Of a DNA stretch of 64,000 nt, positions 9,359 through 18,993 are shown one piece after another (positions within the stretch are counted from its first letter, which is position 1; every line of letters starts with the position of its first letter). Source of the DNA: Candidatus Helarchaeota archaeon (lineage in GTDB: Archaea > Asgardarchaeota > Lokiarchaeia > Helarchaeales > RDOG01); assembly GCA_019058315.1 (NCBI GenBank), contig JAHPZH010000008.1, positions 64,001 through 128,000 on the forward strand, given 5' to 3'. Made by a program: the position numbers and the translations under genes. Below the pieces are notes generated by a model. It did no database searches. It saw only the letters and a program-made list of their open reading frames with translations, and was not told the DNA's origin.

Positions 9359-9706
9359 ATGTCTGAAAAAGACGAACCAAAGGTTGTTAAAGTTCTGCAG
9401 AAATCAGGAAAAGTTGATGACCAAATTGATTGGCAAGTTGCAAAGCATGTAATGAATTTAGGGGGTTATACAGCTTGTCAACCAAGTTTGGTAGAATTAG
9501 AGAATGGTAAACAAGCGATAAAATATTTAATTGATAAAACAGTAGTTGAAAAAGACGGATTATATGGATATGGAATTGTGGGAAGTTTATATGTAAGTTT
9601 GGACCCTTTAGGAATAATTTGGTTTACACCAAAAGAAATATTAGAAAAGAAAAGTGAAGAACTTATTAAAACAGCAAAGCCACAAAAACGCCCGAGGGTT
9701 TATTAG
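9359..9706 (+). CDS. hypothetical protein
   Basis: 115-aa ORF with GGTGA SD and normal codon pattern. Confidence 0.8.
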   Translation: MSEKDEPKVVKVLQKSGKVDDQIDWQVAKHVMNLGGYTACQPSLVELENGKQAIKYLIDKTVVEKDGLYGYGIVGSLYVSLDPLGIIWFTPKEILEKKSEELIKTAKPQKRPRVY

Positions 9707-9767
9707 GTATTTTTCTCATTATGTATGACTTCAATAAGTCAAAATAGTACTTTTTAAGGTATATAAT

Positions 9768-10427
9768 ATGGTTAATTGGAATCAAGTTAAATTATGGACA
9801 AAGCGAATTTTACTTATAATAAGTCTTATTTTAATTGCCATCGCTTTTTTTGGATATTATCCAAGAATATATGAGGTCTCATTTTATCCTGATTATACAA
9901 ATCTGATTGTATTTATTATTTTATTATTAATAGGTTTGACATATCTAGTTATAGCAGTTGCAAAATATCTAATTCAATTTTTTGAATTACGAAATATGAT
10001 ATCAAATGCAATAAGTAAAAGTATTACAATTAACGATAAAGAATTAGCTTCAGAAATACAAGAGCCATTGTGGCGTGTAACTCCATTATTTAAAAAAATT
10101 GCTTATAAATATGGAATTTTAGTCTATTTTTCAGGAGCTCCAACTTTTTTTCACTCTAATTTCATTGATCATTTTATAAAAATATATGAAAATGATGGAG
10201 ATTTAGGTAATATTTCAAGCGAATTCGCACAAAAACATTCTATGAATATTTCAAAAGATGATCTTGATATAATTTTGGATGAACTAATCTATTTGGGATA
10301 CAATAACATTATTGAACTTGCGGAAAAATGGAAAAAAGAAAACCCTAAAAGAACTGAAGAAGCAAAAAGACCTTCAAAAGCGATCATTAGAAGATTAGGC
10401 GATAGCCGAAAAAAGAAGAAAAAATGA
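9768..10427 (+). CDS. membrane protein (2 TM) with cytoplasmic domain and basic tail
   Basis: Two N-terminal hydrophobic helices; RKKKKK C-terminus. Confidence 0.8.
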   Translation: MVNWNQVKLWTKRILLIISLILIAIAFFGYYPRIYEVSFYPDYTNLIVFIILLLIGLTYLVIAVAKYLIQFFELRNMISNAISKSITINDKELASEIQEPLWRVTPLFKKIAYKYGILVYFSGAPTFFHSNFIDHFIKIYENDGDLGNISSEFAQKHSMNISKDDLDIILDELIYLGYNNIIELAEKWKKENPKRTEEAKRPSKAIIRRLGDSRKKKKK

Positions 10428-10442
10428 GATTTTAATTTGAAA

Positions 10443-10610
10443 TTATTTTTTTTCTAATTTAAGCAGTCTATCTTTATCTCTTTTTATTACTTTTCGAATA
10501 GCTACCCTAATAACTTCTGCTTTAGATGGATATTTCCCAGTATTCACCAATTCTTCAATAAGATTTAAGTATTTTAAAGGTAATGTGATTGAAGTCTGGA
10601 TTAGTTTCAC
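10443..10610 (-). CDS. ribbon-helix-helix DNA-binding protein, 55 aa, not in ORF track
   Basis: GTG start; MKLIQTSITLPLKYLNLIEELVNTGKYPSKAEVIRVAIRKVIKRDKDRLLKLEKK. Confidence 0.85.
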   Translation of the reverse strand: MKLIQTSITLPLKYLNLIEELVNTGKYPSKAEVIRVAIRKVIKRDKDRLLKLEKK

Positions 10611-10802
10611 ATTCGTCCCACACTAATATCGATTTATAATGTAAAACTAATATTAGTGCTTTATAGTTAATATATATTAAATTTGGCTCTATTTCCATTG
10701 TACCCAATAATTTTCAAGAAATATTTTTAAAAAACCATGAATACTATTAAAAGGCTTGATTAAAAAGTAAAAATAAGAATTTGGTGATATAAAAAAATTT
10801 TA

Positions 10803-11153
10803 TTATTTTTTAAGAAATTTATCACATATATCTGATAATGATTCCTCTCTTTGAACCCCAATAAAACGATCTACCTCATCTCCATTATCTGGAAATTTTA
10901 GCAGCTCTCCTTTATGATAAATTTGGAGTGTTGGAACCGCAACTATATTAATTTTTTCAGCATGATTTCTATTTTTATCAATATCAATTGAAACTATTTT
11001 AACTCCCTTGTCTTTATATTTATTCTGTATTTTTTCCAAAATCATATGCTGTATTCTACAGGGACCACACCAGACTGCTGAATAATCGACAATTACTATT
11101 TGATTTTTATTTAATACCTCTTTCAAGTCGGCTTCATTAATCTCATCAATCAT
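10803..11153 (-). CDS. trxA: thioredoxin
   Basis: WCGPC active site, cis-Pro motif AVPT. Confidence 0.93.
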   Translation of the reverse strand: MIDEINEADLKEVLNKNQIVIVDYSAVWCGPCRIQHMILEKIQNKYKDKGVKIVSIDIDKNRNHAEKINIVAVPTLQIYHKGELLKFPDNGDEVDRFIGVQREESLSDICDKFLKK

Positions 11154-11250
11154 TTTTAATTCTCCAGATTTTATCAGAATAGATATTCCTAAGAATGAAT
11201 ATTAATATTATTACAAATTATCCAAAAAAAAATAATTCTTTACCTAAGTC

Positions 11251-12216
11251 TTAAATTTTTAATCCATTTAATAGATTTACCATAATTGTTGCAGCAGTAA
11301 GATCAGCTGTTGTTCCCGGATTTAATTTTCCTGATTCTTTTTGCAAATTTTTATCGAGCTCAATAATTTCCTTTTTCCTTTTTCTAAGTCCTCCACCAAC
11401 TACGATTTTTTTTGCTAGAGCACTAATTTCTTTCGCTTTTTCAAGATTAGATTTGCGCTGTATTAGAGAATCTGGTATTTCTGAAAGTATATAGAGAAAA
11501 GTATCAACAACAGCTACATTAATATCATTGCATTCTTCAAAGATTTTTTTAAAATAAGGAACTCCAGTTTCAAATGTTATTTTAAAATTAGAAACCCATT
11601 CAGAGGCAATATTATCCCATGGTGCGCTAATTTTTAAAATATTGTATAAGTTGATATCTTCTTTTATAATTTTAGTCTGCGATGATTTATCCATAACATC
11701 AAAATCTTTAACTTGTCCTAGACCTCCCGGTTCACAAATTTCAATTGCTTTATATAAATTAATTGCATCTTCTGGTGTCGTGTTTATAACAACCTTAGAT
11801 AATACTTTTCTCAAAATATCATTATCTATTTCTCCTTGTTCTAATACAATTCCTGCTGCTGCAGATAATGGCATTAAAAGCAATAATAATCCTAAATTAA
11901 TATTTCCTCCTCCTTGCCATTTAATAGTCTCTTTAACTCCTTGTAAAATAAAGTGACCCAAATTTAATTCGCTTAATTGTAATTCACCTCTAGCAATTTT
12001 GCTACTTTTTGAAACCAACTCATTTAATGATTTCCCACAAACAATGGCTCCAATTAAAAAATGTTCAAATTGGGTTTTCGGAAAATTTTGGGTTCGATGA
12101 ACATTACCTGGCTTAGGGTAGCCAGAAACCTCCAAAACCATAGCAATTTGGCTACATCTTACAATATCTTCTCCATTTTCGATGATTAATTTTTCATTCA
12201 ATTTAAATAACTCCAA
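11251..12216 (-). CDS. citG: triphosphoribosyl-dephospho-CoA synthase family (CitG)
   Basis: LEVSGYPKPGNVHR, NINLG and NPGTTADL motifs. Confidence 0.88.
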   Translation of the reverse strand: MELFKLNEKLIIENGEDIVRCSQIAMVLEVSGYPKPGNVHRTQNFPKTQFEHFLIGAIVCGKSLNELVSKSSKIARGELQLSELNLGHFILQGVKETIKWQGGGNINLGLLLLLMPLSAAAGIVLEQGEIDNDILRKVLSKVVINTTPEDAINLYKAIEICEPGGLGQVKDFDVMDKSSQTKIIKEDINLYNILKISAPWDNIASEWVSNFKITFETGVPYFKKIFEECNDINVAVVDTFLYILSEIPDSLIQRKSNLEKAKEISALAKKIVVGGGLRKRKKEIIELDKNLQKESGKLNPGTTADLTAATIMVNLLNGLKI

Positions 12217-12362
12217 ATTATTCCAAAATAGATTCTTAATTTAAACGTAAATTAAATATAAGTGAGAATGATCTATTTTTATTCCTAAAGTTCTTAATCT
12301 AATTGGTTTAAATATCATTTTTTTTACCATTTCCAATGAAATATTTAAATAGATGAAAACAA

Positions 12363-14114
12363 ATGGAAGATAATTCGATCTATTTAGGTGAAGGCTATAG
12401 TTTAAGCATTTTATTAAAAGATGGAAGAATAGCGGGTTTTCGAGATAATATTTTCAAAAAAGAATTTGAAATTAATGATGAATTTGAATCGTTAAGAAAA
12501 ATTGAAATATCAGATACTGTCATTTTTGATGCTGTTTCGGATAAAAGAGACAGGATAAAGATTTTATCGCCATTTCCAATCTCATTAGGTTTGCCAGTAA
12601 AGGTATTAACTCAATCTCTTGGAGTTGGAACTAGAAAAATCGAGGTATTTCAAGGGCAAACTTTAGGTAGAATGGTAATGAGAGCAACTTTTAATTTAAA
12701 GAGATCAATGAAATGGAAAATTATAACAGATTACGAGCAACTTGGCTCTAAATCAGTTCAATTTCCGCAAAAAGTAACCGCTGAAATTTATTCTACCGCA
12801 TCAGCAGGATTTGAAACAAATTATTTTTATTTTGCACTACCTGAAGGATTTAGCCAAGTTATCTTATTCTTCTCTAGTGAGCTTGATTTTGAACGTATTG
12901 GAAAAAACATGTTAATTCTTGATTCAAATGATCCCTCTTATGACACAATTGCGGAAAGTGCCCCTAGTGGTGAAAAATTCTTCCCTTTATTAACTTTTAC
13001 GTTTATGACTGACTATAAAGATAAAAAAGAAGAGTTAACAAATCATCTTATTATTGGTTCAATATTAACAGCTCGGGGAAAATATGAGCTTGCATTGGAA
13101 TTCTTTGATAAGGCGTTAAATATTTCTAGGGAAACTCAAGATTCAAAAATTGAGGCAGAAATTCTAATTAAAATGGGATCTGCTTTTGAAGATTCAGGAC
13201 AATTAGAAGAAGCTCTACAATGTTATCAATCAGTTTCAAGCGTCTATCATGCAGCAGGAAATACTCTTGCATTAATTTCTAATTATTTAACAGTAGGAAG
13301 TGTTCTTGAACGTCTTGGAAGATATGAGGAAGCATTAGAGTATTACAACGAAGTTTATAATAGTGGTGCTCAGGACCCCAAAACAGTATTAAAAGGAATA
13401 AGCAGATGTCTTGTTGGTTTAAATCGTAGTGATGAAGCTGTTGATATAAGACAACAATTACTTGCTGATGCACGAACAGCTCGTGATAGGGAGAGCGAAG
13501 CAGCAGCCCTAATGGATTTAGGAGAAGTTCTATTGGCTGTAGGAAGAATGGGTGAATCAATGGGCATGTTCGAACAGGCAATTAGAATAAGGAAATCTAT
13601 AGGCGATGAACGAGGTATCGCAGAAAGTTTGGAATCGATGGGTGAAGCTTTATTTAAGAGAGGCAAACTAGCAAAGGCAAAAGATTATTATCAAAAAGCG
13701 ATAGAAGAATATGAAAATATAGGATTGTTATTAGAATCAGCTCGAATTAAAGAAAATAAATTAAGAAAAATAACTACAAAACCTTATAGTGGATGTGAAA
13801 TTTGTAATGCTGATTGCTCTTTAGATATTATGGGACTTTCTCATGCAGATATTAATGATCCTATATTCAGGGAACAATTCAAAAAGATTTTAAGAACCGC
13901 CCTCTCCCGAAAGGATTTAAATCCTGTAGCCGAATTGCTTCTTGAAAAAGCTCAAACTAACATCCTACTGCGACAAACAAATTTAACACCGAAACAATAT
14001 GCATATTGTTTATTTGTTCATGCAGGAGAAGAAATTCTCGGTAAATTAAAACCAGAATATAAACGGCAGATTGAAAAATTAGTATCAGATTCGATAATTC
14101 GTCTTCCTGCTTAA
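12363..14114 (+). CDS. TPR-repeat protein with beta-rich N-terminal domain and C-terminal Cys (Zn?) domain
   Basis: About 6 TPR_12-like repeats (GKYELALEFFDKALNI, GQLEEALQCY...); CEICNADC...YC in the tail. Confidence 0.85.
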   Translation: MEDNSIYLGEGYSLSILLKDGRIAGFRDNIFKKEFEINDEFESLRKIEISDTVIFDAVSDKRDRIKILSPFPISLGLPVKVLTQSLGVGTRKIEVFQGQTLGRMVMRATFNLKRSMKWKIITDYEQLGSKSVQFPQKVTAEIYSTASAGFETNYFYFALPEGFSQVILFFSSELDFERIGKNMLILDSNDPSYDTIAESAPSGEKFFPLLTFTFMTDYKDKKEELTNHLIIGSILTARGKYELALEFFDKALNISRETQDSKIEAEILIKMGSAFEDSGQLEEALQCYQSVSSVYHAAGNTLALISNYLTVGSVLERLGRYEEALEYYNEVYNSGAQDPKTVLKGISRCLVGLNRSDEAVDIRQQLLADARTARDRESEAAALMDLGEVLLAVGRMGESMGMFEQAIRIRKSIGDERGIAESLESMGEALFKRGKLAKAKDYYQKAIEEYENIGLLLESARIKENKLRKITTKPYSGCEICNADCSLDIMGLSHADINDPIFREQFKKILRTALSRKDLNPVAELLLEKAQTNILLRQTNLTPKQYAYCLFVHAGEEILGKLKPEYKRQIEKLVSDSIIRLPA

Positions 14115-14115
14115 T

Positions 14116-15162
14116 TTATGCTTCAATTTCTTGAAGTCTCATTTTTTTATCAATTATTCTATCCACAATCTTTTTTTGGTTCAAAAAAATAATCATGTTT
14201 GGAGAAAGATAAACATTTTTTTGTGATTTTATAGAAGAGAACTTATTTTTATACTTCAAATTCCAGTAAAAGAAGTCATCAATGCTTGGATGACTTGATA
14301 TAATAGATAAATTATATTTTCCAGCGCTGATTTTATAGACGATTGGAACATTATAGTCTTTTTTAAGATCTTCAATGATTTCATCTTGCATAGCTGAAAT
14401 CTCTAGAAATGTTAAAACCAGATAAAATGTGGGAGGAGCAAAAAAATTTAAAAAATTACATGAAGGATAATCAATCAATTCTAATTTTCTTAACTTCTTT
14501 ATTCTCAATTCAATCGTTTTTCGATGGACTGCTAATTTTTGGGATAGTAAATTCTTATTTATTTTGATATATTTATTTGTACTTAATAGATTTTTTAAAA
14601 TATTAAATCCAACGAAATCAATCTCATAATTATTTATATTAATTTTCTTATTTTTATTAAATTCTTCTTCTAAATATCCGAAAACTGCATTTGGTTCGTA
14701 TTTTTGAATCAAATCATTTGAAAAATGGTAACTTTCTGAGGCATGTCTATGCTCTCTTGAAGGAATCTTATTTTGTTTCACCAGATTTTCACGCCATATA
14801 TGGTATGATAAAACTGTTTTATGATATTCAAAAATTAATGTATTATAATCACCTTCAATTATCCTAAATGCAGCAAAGATATTTTCATCTGTTGATAACC
14901 AATTTTTCGTAGTTTCTGGTAAATCTGCAAAAACAATTACGAACAGGGGAAATTCTTTGGTAATTAGACCAAGAGGAAAATAAATAGGGGGAGTTATTAT
15001 TTTATTTTCAAATAAATCATCGATTCTTCTTTTTATAGTACTTCTATGTTTACCCAACTTTTGGGATAATAGACCATAATCAATACTTAAGCCAAAACCT
15101 GAACTAATTTCCTTTAAAATTTGCAAATTTAATTTATCTAACTCCATTGTTTTATATCCCAT
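14116..15162 (-). CDS. tandem-duplicated Lrp/AsnC-type transcriptional regulator
   Basis: Two HTH units (LSQKLGKHRSTIKRRI, LSQKLAVHRKTIELRI), each followed by a RAM-like domain (GDYN, GKYN). Confidence 0.8.
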   Translation of the reverse strand: MGYKTMELDKLNLQILKEISSGFGLSIDYGLLSQKLGKHRSTIKRRIDDLFENKIITPPIYFPLGLITKEFPLFVIVFADLPETTKNWLSTDENIFAAFRIIEGDYNTLIFEYHKTVLSYHIWRENLVKQNKIPSREHRHASESYHFSNDLIQKYEPNAVFGYLEEEFNKNKKININNYEIDFVGFNILKNLLSTNKYIKINKNLLSQKLAVHRKTIELRIKKLRKLELIDYPSCNFLNFFAPPTFYLVLTFLEISAMQDEIIEDLKKDYNVPIVYKISAGKYNLSIISSHPSIDDFFYWNLKYKNKFSSIKSQKNVYLSPNMIIFLNQKKIVDRIIDKKMRLQEIEA

Positions 15163-15348
15163 GATTTTATTTTCTTATTTCTAATTTCATTCAATACAAA
15201 ATTAATTTTTCAAATTTTATCAAAGAAAAACAAATTATTGATAATTAATTACCTAAAAAATATTAATCTTATTGATAAATAAGCAATTTATCACACATTT
15301 TTCATACTTAGTTCCAAGTGTTTTTAGCCTTAAATTTAATGAATTAAT

Positions 15349-16500
15349 CTAAATTTTGAATTCTTCTGTAAATCTAAAAAATGTATCTTTCAATAATCCT
15401 CCCAAAAATGAAATTAGATTTTGTTTTGTAGATTTAAATCCTACTGGAACATTTTTTTCATCGATAAAGCCAAAGAATAAGGTTGATGCATCAGATACAA
15501 TGCCAAAAAGGTCTGCAGGAGGATATTTTCTCAATTTAATATTATTATAATCTTTATAGCGATCCAGATTTAAGATTTGATCTCTATTGCCTATTTCAAT
15601 GCTAGTTGCAGCCTGAATCATTATTCTGGAAGGTAAAGAGGTCAAATCTAACTGCTCTAATTGTGTGAGTTTTGGAATAAATAAAATAATGTTTCTTTTT
15701 GTATTTTTTATTATATCTTTAATACATTCAATAGCTTGCCTTTCCCCGAAATATATAGTTTCTATCTTTTTCCCTTCATAAAAAGCAAGTTCCTTATTTT
15801 GAGAATTAATTTGAGACTTTAAATCTTCGATTTGTATTTGTAGTTGTTTAACACTTAATTCGGGAACTAAATCAGATTTTTCACTTAATTGTTTAATTTT
15901 TAAAGAAGCTTCATTTAATTTTTCTTTTAATCCGTATATTTCATCATCTTTATTTTTCAAAGTTTCTTCTAAATCCGTAAGTTTTTTTGCAAATTTAGGA
16001 TCTTTAGTTGTTAATGAACGTTCCCTCTCATATTCGCGAATTTTTTCTTCTAATTTGGTTAATTCTTGAGTTTTAGATTTTTCTTGGTCTAATTTTTGTT
16101 CAAGTTCATTATTCAATTTATTTATTCTATCTATTTCTCTGGATTTTTGTTCACTTTCATCCAAATACTTATTTTCTATTTCTTTACACCGATTATCAAC
16201 AATGGAATATTTCATTTCCCAGTCTTTTTCGACCTTTATGAGTTTATCCTGTAATTCCTTAACTTTTTCTAAGCTGGATGTTGAATATTGTTTGATAAAT
16301 TCATCCTTTTTTTCGAGTTCAGGTTTTATGCTTTTTAATTCTACATTTAATTCCATCTTTTCTCTTATTAGATTTTGAATATCTGTCGCATATTTTTTTT
16401 GAATTTCCAGAAGTTTAAGCTTTAACTCACTAATTAATTTGTCTTTTTCTTTTATTGTATTTCTTAATCGCCATACATCTGCTTCTTCATCTAGACTCAA
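15349..16500 (-). CDS. long coiled-coil protein with C-terminal PLD/TrmB-like alpha/beta domain
   Basis: About 240 aa of E/K heptads, then IKDIIKNTKRNIILFIP...FGIVSD; no HKD motif. Confidence 0.8.
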   Translation of the reverse strand: MSLDEEADVWRLRNTIKEKDKLISELKLKLLEIQKKYATDIQNLIREKMELNVELKSIKPELEKKDEFIKQYSTSSLEKVKELQDKLIKVEKDWEMKYSIVDNRCKEIENKYLDESEQKSREIDRINKLNNELEQKLDQEKSKTQELTKLEEKIREYERERSLTTKDPKFAKKLTDLEETLKNKDDEIYGLKEKLNEASLKIKQLSEKSDLVPELSVKQLQIQIEDLKSQINSQNKELAFYEGKKIETIYFGERQAIECIKDIIKNTKRNIILFIPKLTQLEQLDLTSLPSRIMIQAATSIEIGNRDQILNLDRYKDYNNIKLRKYPPADLFGIVSDASTLFFGFIDEKNVPVGFKSTKQNLISFLGGLLKDTFFRFTEEFKI

Positions 16501-16585
16501 CTTATATCCCCGTTTCTGTTTTGTTTCATGTAAATATAAAATATTACTAATAGTTTAATTTAAAGAAAGGTATTCAGTTTTTATA

Positions 16586-16654
16586 GGCGTTCAGACGGCT
16601 CTTTCCAAAATCATCATCTTCAACTGACTCACAGAACCTGTTCTTCATTACGCC
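16586..16654 (-). ncRNA. C/D-box 2'-O-methylation guide sRNA
   Basis: Minus strand GGCGT-A-[C: ATGAAGA]-ACAGGTTCTGTGAGTCAG-[D': TTGA]-AG-[C': ATGATGA]-TTTTGGAAAGAGCCGT-[D: CTGA]-ACGCC; 5-bp terminal stem; GC-rich island in AT-rich intergenic DNA. Confidence 0.88.
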
Positions 16655-16676
16655 ATGATTATATAATTTTGAAATC

Positions 16677-16691
16677 TAATAAATATTTTTA
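16677..16691 (-). promoter_or_regulatory. BRE/TATA-like promoter of the sRNA
   Basis: Minus strand AAAAATATTTATTA lies about 24-35 nt upstream of the sRNA 5' stem; the AT-rich background weakens the call. Confidence 0.45.
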
Positions 16692-16736
16692 GTTAATTTA
16701 ATAGGAATGGGAAATTTATGAAATACAATAAATTTA

Positions 16737-17009
16737 TTAATAATTGACAAAAAATTTATCAAATTCGTTTCTAAATTTTTCCCAATTTACTTCTACTTTA
16801 GTAACTCTTGCGTATGTAGGACCTTTATGTAAATATTTTATTAATTCTTTTAGTTTATCTTCCTCTCCCTCCGCAATAACTTCTACTCTTCCATCTCTAA
16901 GATTTTTAGCCCAACCTTTTAAACCTAATTTAGATGCAAATTTTTCCGTTTCCCATCTAAAGAAAACTCCTTGAACCCTCCCCGATACGAATGCATGTAT
17001 TCTTTTCAT
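16737..17009 (-). CDS. acyP: acylphosphatase
   Basis: VSGRVQGVFFR and GWAKNLRDGRVE motifs. Confidence 0.95.
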   Translation of the reverse strand: MKRIHAFVSGRVQGVFFRWETEKFASKLGLKGWAKNLRDGRVEVIAEGEEDKLKELIKYLHKGPTYARVTKVEVNWEKFRNEFDKFFVNY

Positions 17010-17383
17010 CTTTATCCCAGACTTTTTTTACATATTCTTTCTTAATTTTGAATTTTGATTTAAACTAGATAAAATTCTTTTTACTAATTTTAAAATATCA
17101 TAAAAAAATAATATGATAATTAACCAGAATAATTATTAATTACCAAAATCGAAAAAAATACTAAAATTTTTTCCTATATTATACCGCCATAAATATTGCT
17201 GAAAGTTCTTTTTGAATCTGTAATGATTCTTGATGTATTTAAAAATAGTTAAACTTATATATCAAAGGAGTTTTTAGAAATTAAATTTAGAATAAGCCAT
17301 AATTAAATTATTGATTAATAAATTTTTGATTTATTAGGATATTTAGTGATATTTTTCTTAATAATTGGATGTGGGTGTAATAT

Positions 17384-17710
17384 ATGAAATTTTGCCCAGA
17401 ATGCGAAAATCTTTTATATCCAATGAGTAAAAAAAATGGAAATTTTTTGGTATGTAAATTTTGTGGTTATGAGATGAAGCTAGACACTAAAGAAGATGTA
17501 TATGAAGATTATAGAATACCAGAAAAAATTAATCATCAAAGTGGAGTAGAAATCATAGAAGAGGACGAACCACGTCCAAAAGTAACAATTGAATGTCCTA
17601 AATGTGAGAATGATAAGGCATTACACTGGGAGAGGTACAATGATGATGGCGAAATCATTCTTTTATATAAATGTACAAAGTGCAAACATGTTTGGGCCGA
17701 AACTGACTAA
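17384..17710 (+). CDS. transcription factor S / RpoM-family double zinc-ribbon paralogue with non-canonical acidic hairpin
   Basis: MKFCPECENLL...CKFCGY and CPKC...YKCTKCKHVW; RYNDDGE replaces QTRxADE. Confidence 0.85.
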   Translation: MKFCPECENLLYPMSKKNGNFLVCKFCGYEMKLDTKEDVYEDYRIPEKINHQSGVEIIEEDEPRPKVTIECPKCENDKALHWERYNDDGEIILLYKCTKCKHVWAETD

Positions 17711-18759
17711 CTCAATTTTCTTAGTAACCAGTCCAGACTGAATTTGTAATCCATAATTGACCATAAATATGATAAAGCTAAAAAAACTACACAAATATAG
17801 GTAACTAAGATTAAATAAGAATAAATTGTTAAATTTTTTAATATTTCAAATAGATTATAGAAAATATATTTATTGATGAAATGATGTCCTACTAAGAAAG
17901 TCAAAGATATTTGTCCGTATAGCCAAAAAGGTTGAAAAAGATTAATTTTTTTAACATCCTCAATCCAAAATAACCCAGAAAGTAAAATCATTACCATGCC
18001 TGTAGTCACAAAAACATGCAATCCTTCTTCAAAGGAATCAACAATTGGAGAGTTAAAAATTCTAAAACCATATCCTATTAGAATTAATAAAACACCATAT
18101 TTTAATAAATTTATGCAAAATTTTTTCTCCATTTCTTCTTTATATCTAGCTTGGACTAGCTCATCCCCAATTATCATACCTAGAATCATATATGATATAT
18201 ATGGAAAGATTGCAAATGGCATATTCACTATCATTCCTCTAAAGAAGGTTCCAAAATCCCAAACAGGATTAAATAAAGTAAATAATTCTTCTTGAAATCC
18301 ACAAATTAATCGGAGAAATGGAACTAAAAGAATTATTATAACACAAACTAAAATTTTGAACATGTTAGGTTTTTCCATAAGTAAATAGCAAACTATTTGA
18401 GATACACCTACTAAAATAAGAACTTCGTATGTCCAAGCTTGGTAAATATTAAATATTACTAAATTGAGGAAAAATTGCATGAGAATTAGAAGAAAACCCC
18501 TTTTATATACATGATTTCTAAAATTTTCTTGCTCTTTTCTACTTTCAGCTGAAAGTGAAAAGCTAACACCGACTATTACCATAAAAATCGGACCACCTAT
18601 GTAAGATGGAATTAAAAAAAAAGTTTGAAATGTAAATAAGCTCTGGAAATTCATCCAACTTTGTCCGTAATGTACGAATATCATAAAAAAAATTGCAGTT
18701 CCCCTTAATGTATCAACAGAGTGAACTCTATTTGGTGTTATCTGTCTCAAGGGGTTCAC
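17707..18759 (-). CDS. DUF1624 / HGSNAT-like membrane acyltransferase
   Basis: RVHSVDTLRGTAIFFMIFVH, G-x-x-SLT-x-x-x-H and C-terminal SLDWLLR; multi-TM. Confidence 0.8.
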   Translation of the reverse strand: MNPLRQITPNRVHSVDTLRGTAIFFMIFVHYGQSWMNFQSLFTFQTFFLIPSYIGGPIFMVIVGVSFSLSAESRKEQENFRNHVYKRGFLLILMQFFLNLVIFNIYQAWTYEVLILVGVSQIVCYLLMEKPNMFKILVCVIIILLVPFLRLICGFQEELFTLFNPVWDFGTFFRGMIVNMPFAIFPYISYMILGMIIGDELVQARYKEEMEKKFCINLLKYGVLLILIGYGFRIFNSPIVDSFEEGLHVFVTTGMVMILLSGLFWIEDVKKINLFQPFWLYGQISLTFLVGHHFINKYIFYNLFEILKNLTIYSYLILVTYICVVFLALSYLWSIMDYKFSLDWLLRKLS

Positions 18760-18993
18760 AATCTTAAAAAGTCTTTTCTATAAAAATTTAATTAATTAAA
18801 TAATAAATTAAAATGGCTTTAATAAAAAATTCATTATATTTTTATAATCAAAAAGTTCATATTTTAGTAGATTTATAATTTTATTATCTGAATTTTTACT
18901 TTAAAATAATTATACTTTAAAATTCCTCCTTTTTGTTTGAATTTTTAATTTATAATTATTCTAACGTAAATCAAAATTTTAAAGGAAATTTGA

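Noticed and set aside
16586-16654. tRNA or SECIS interpretation of the GC-rich intergenic patch
   Set aside because: No cloverleaf or T-loop, and no in-frame UGA selenoprotein nearby; the C/D boxes explain it fully.
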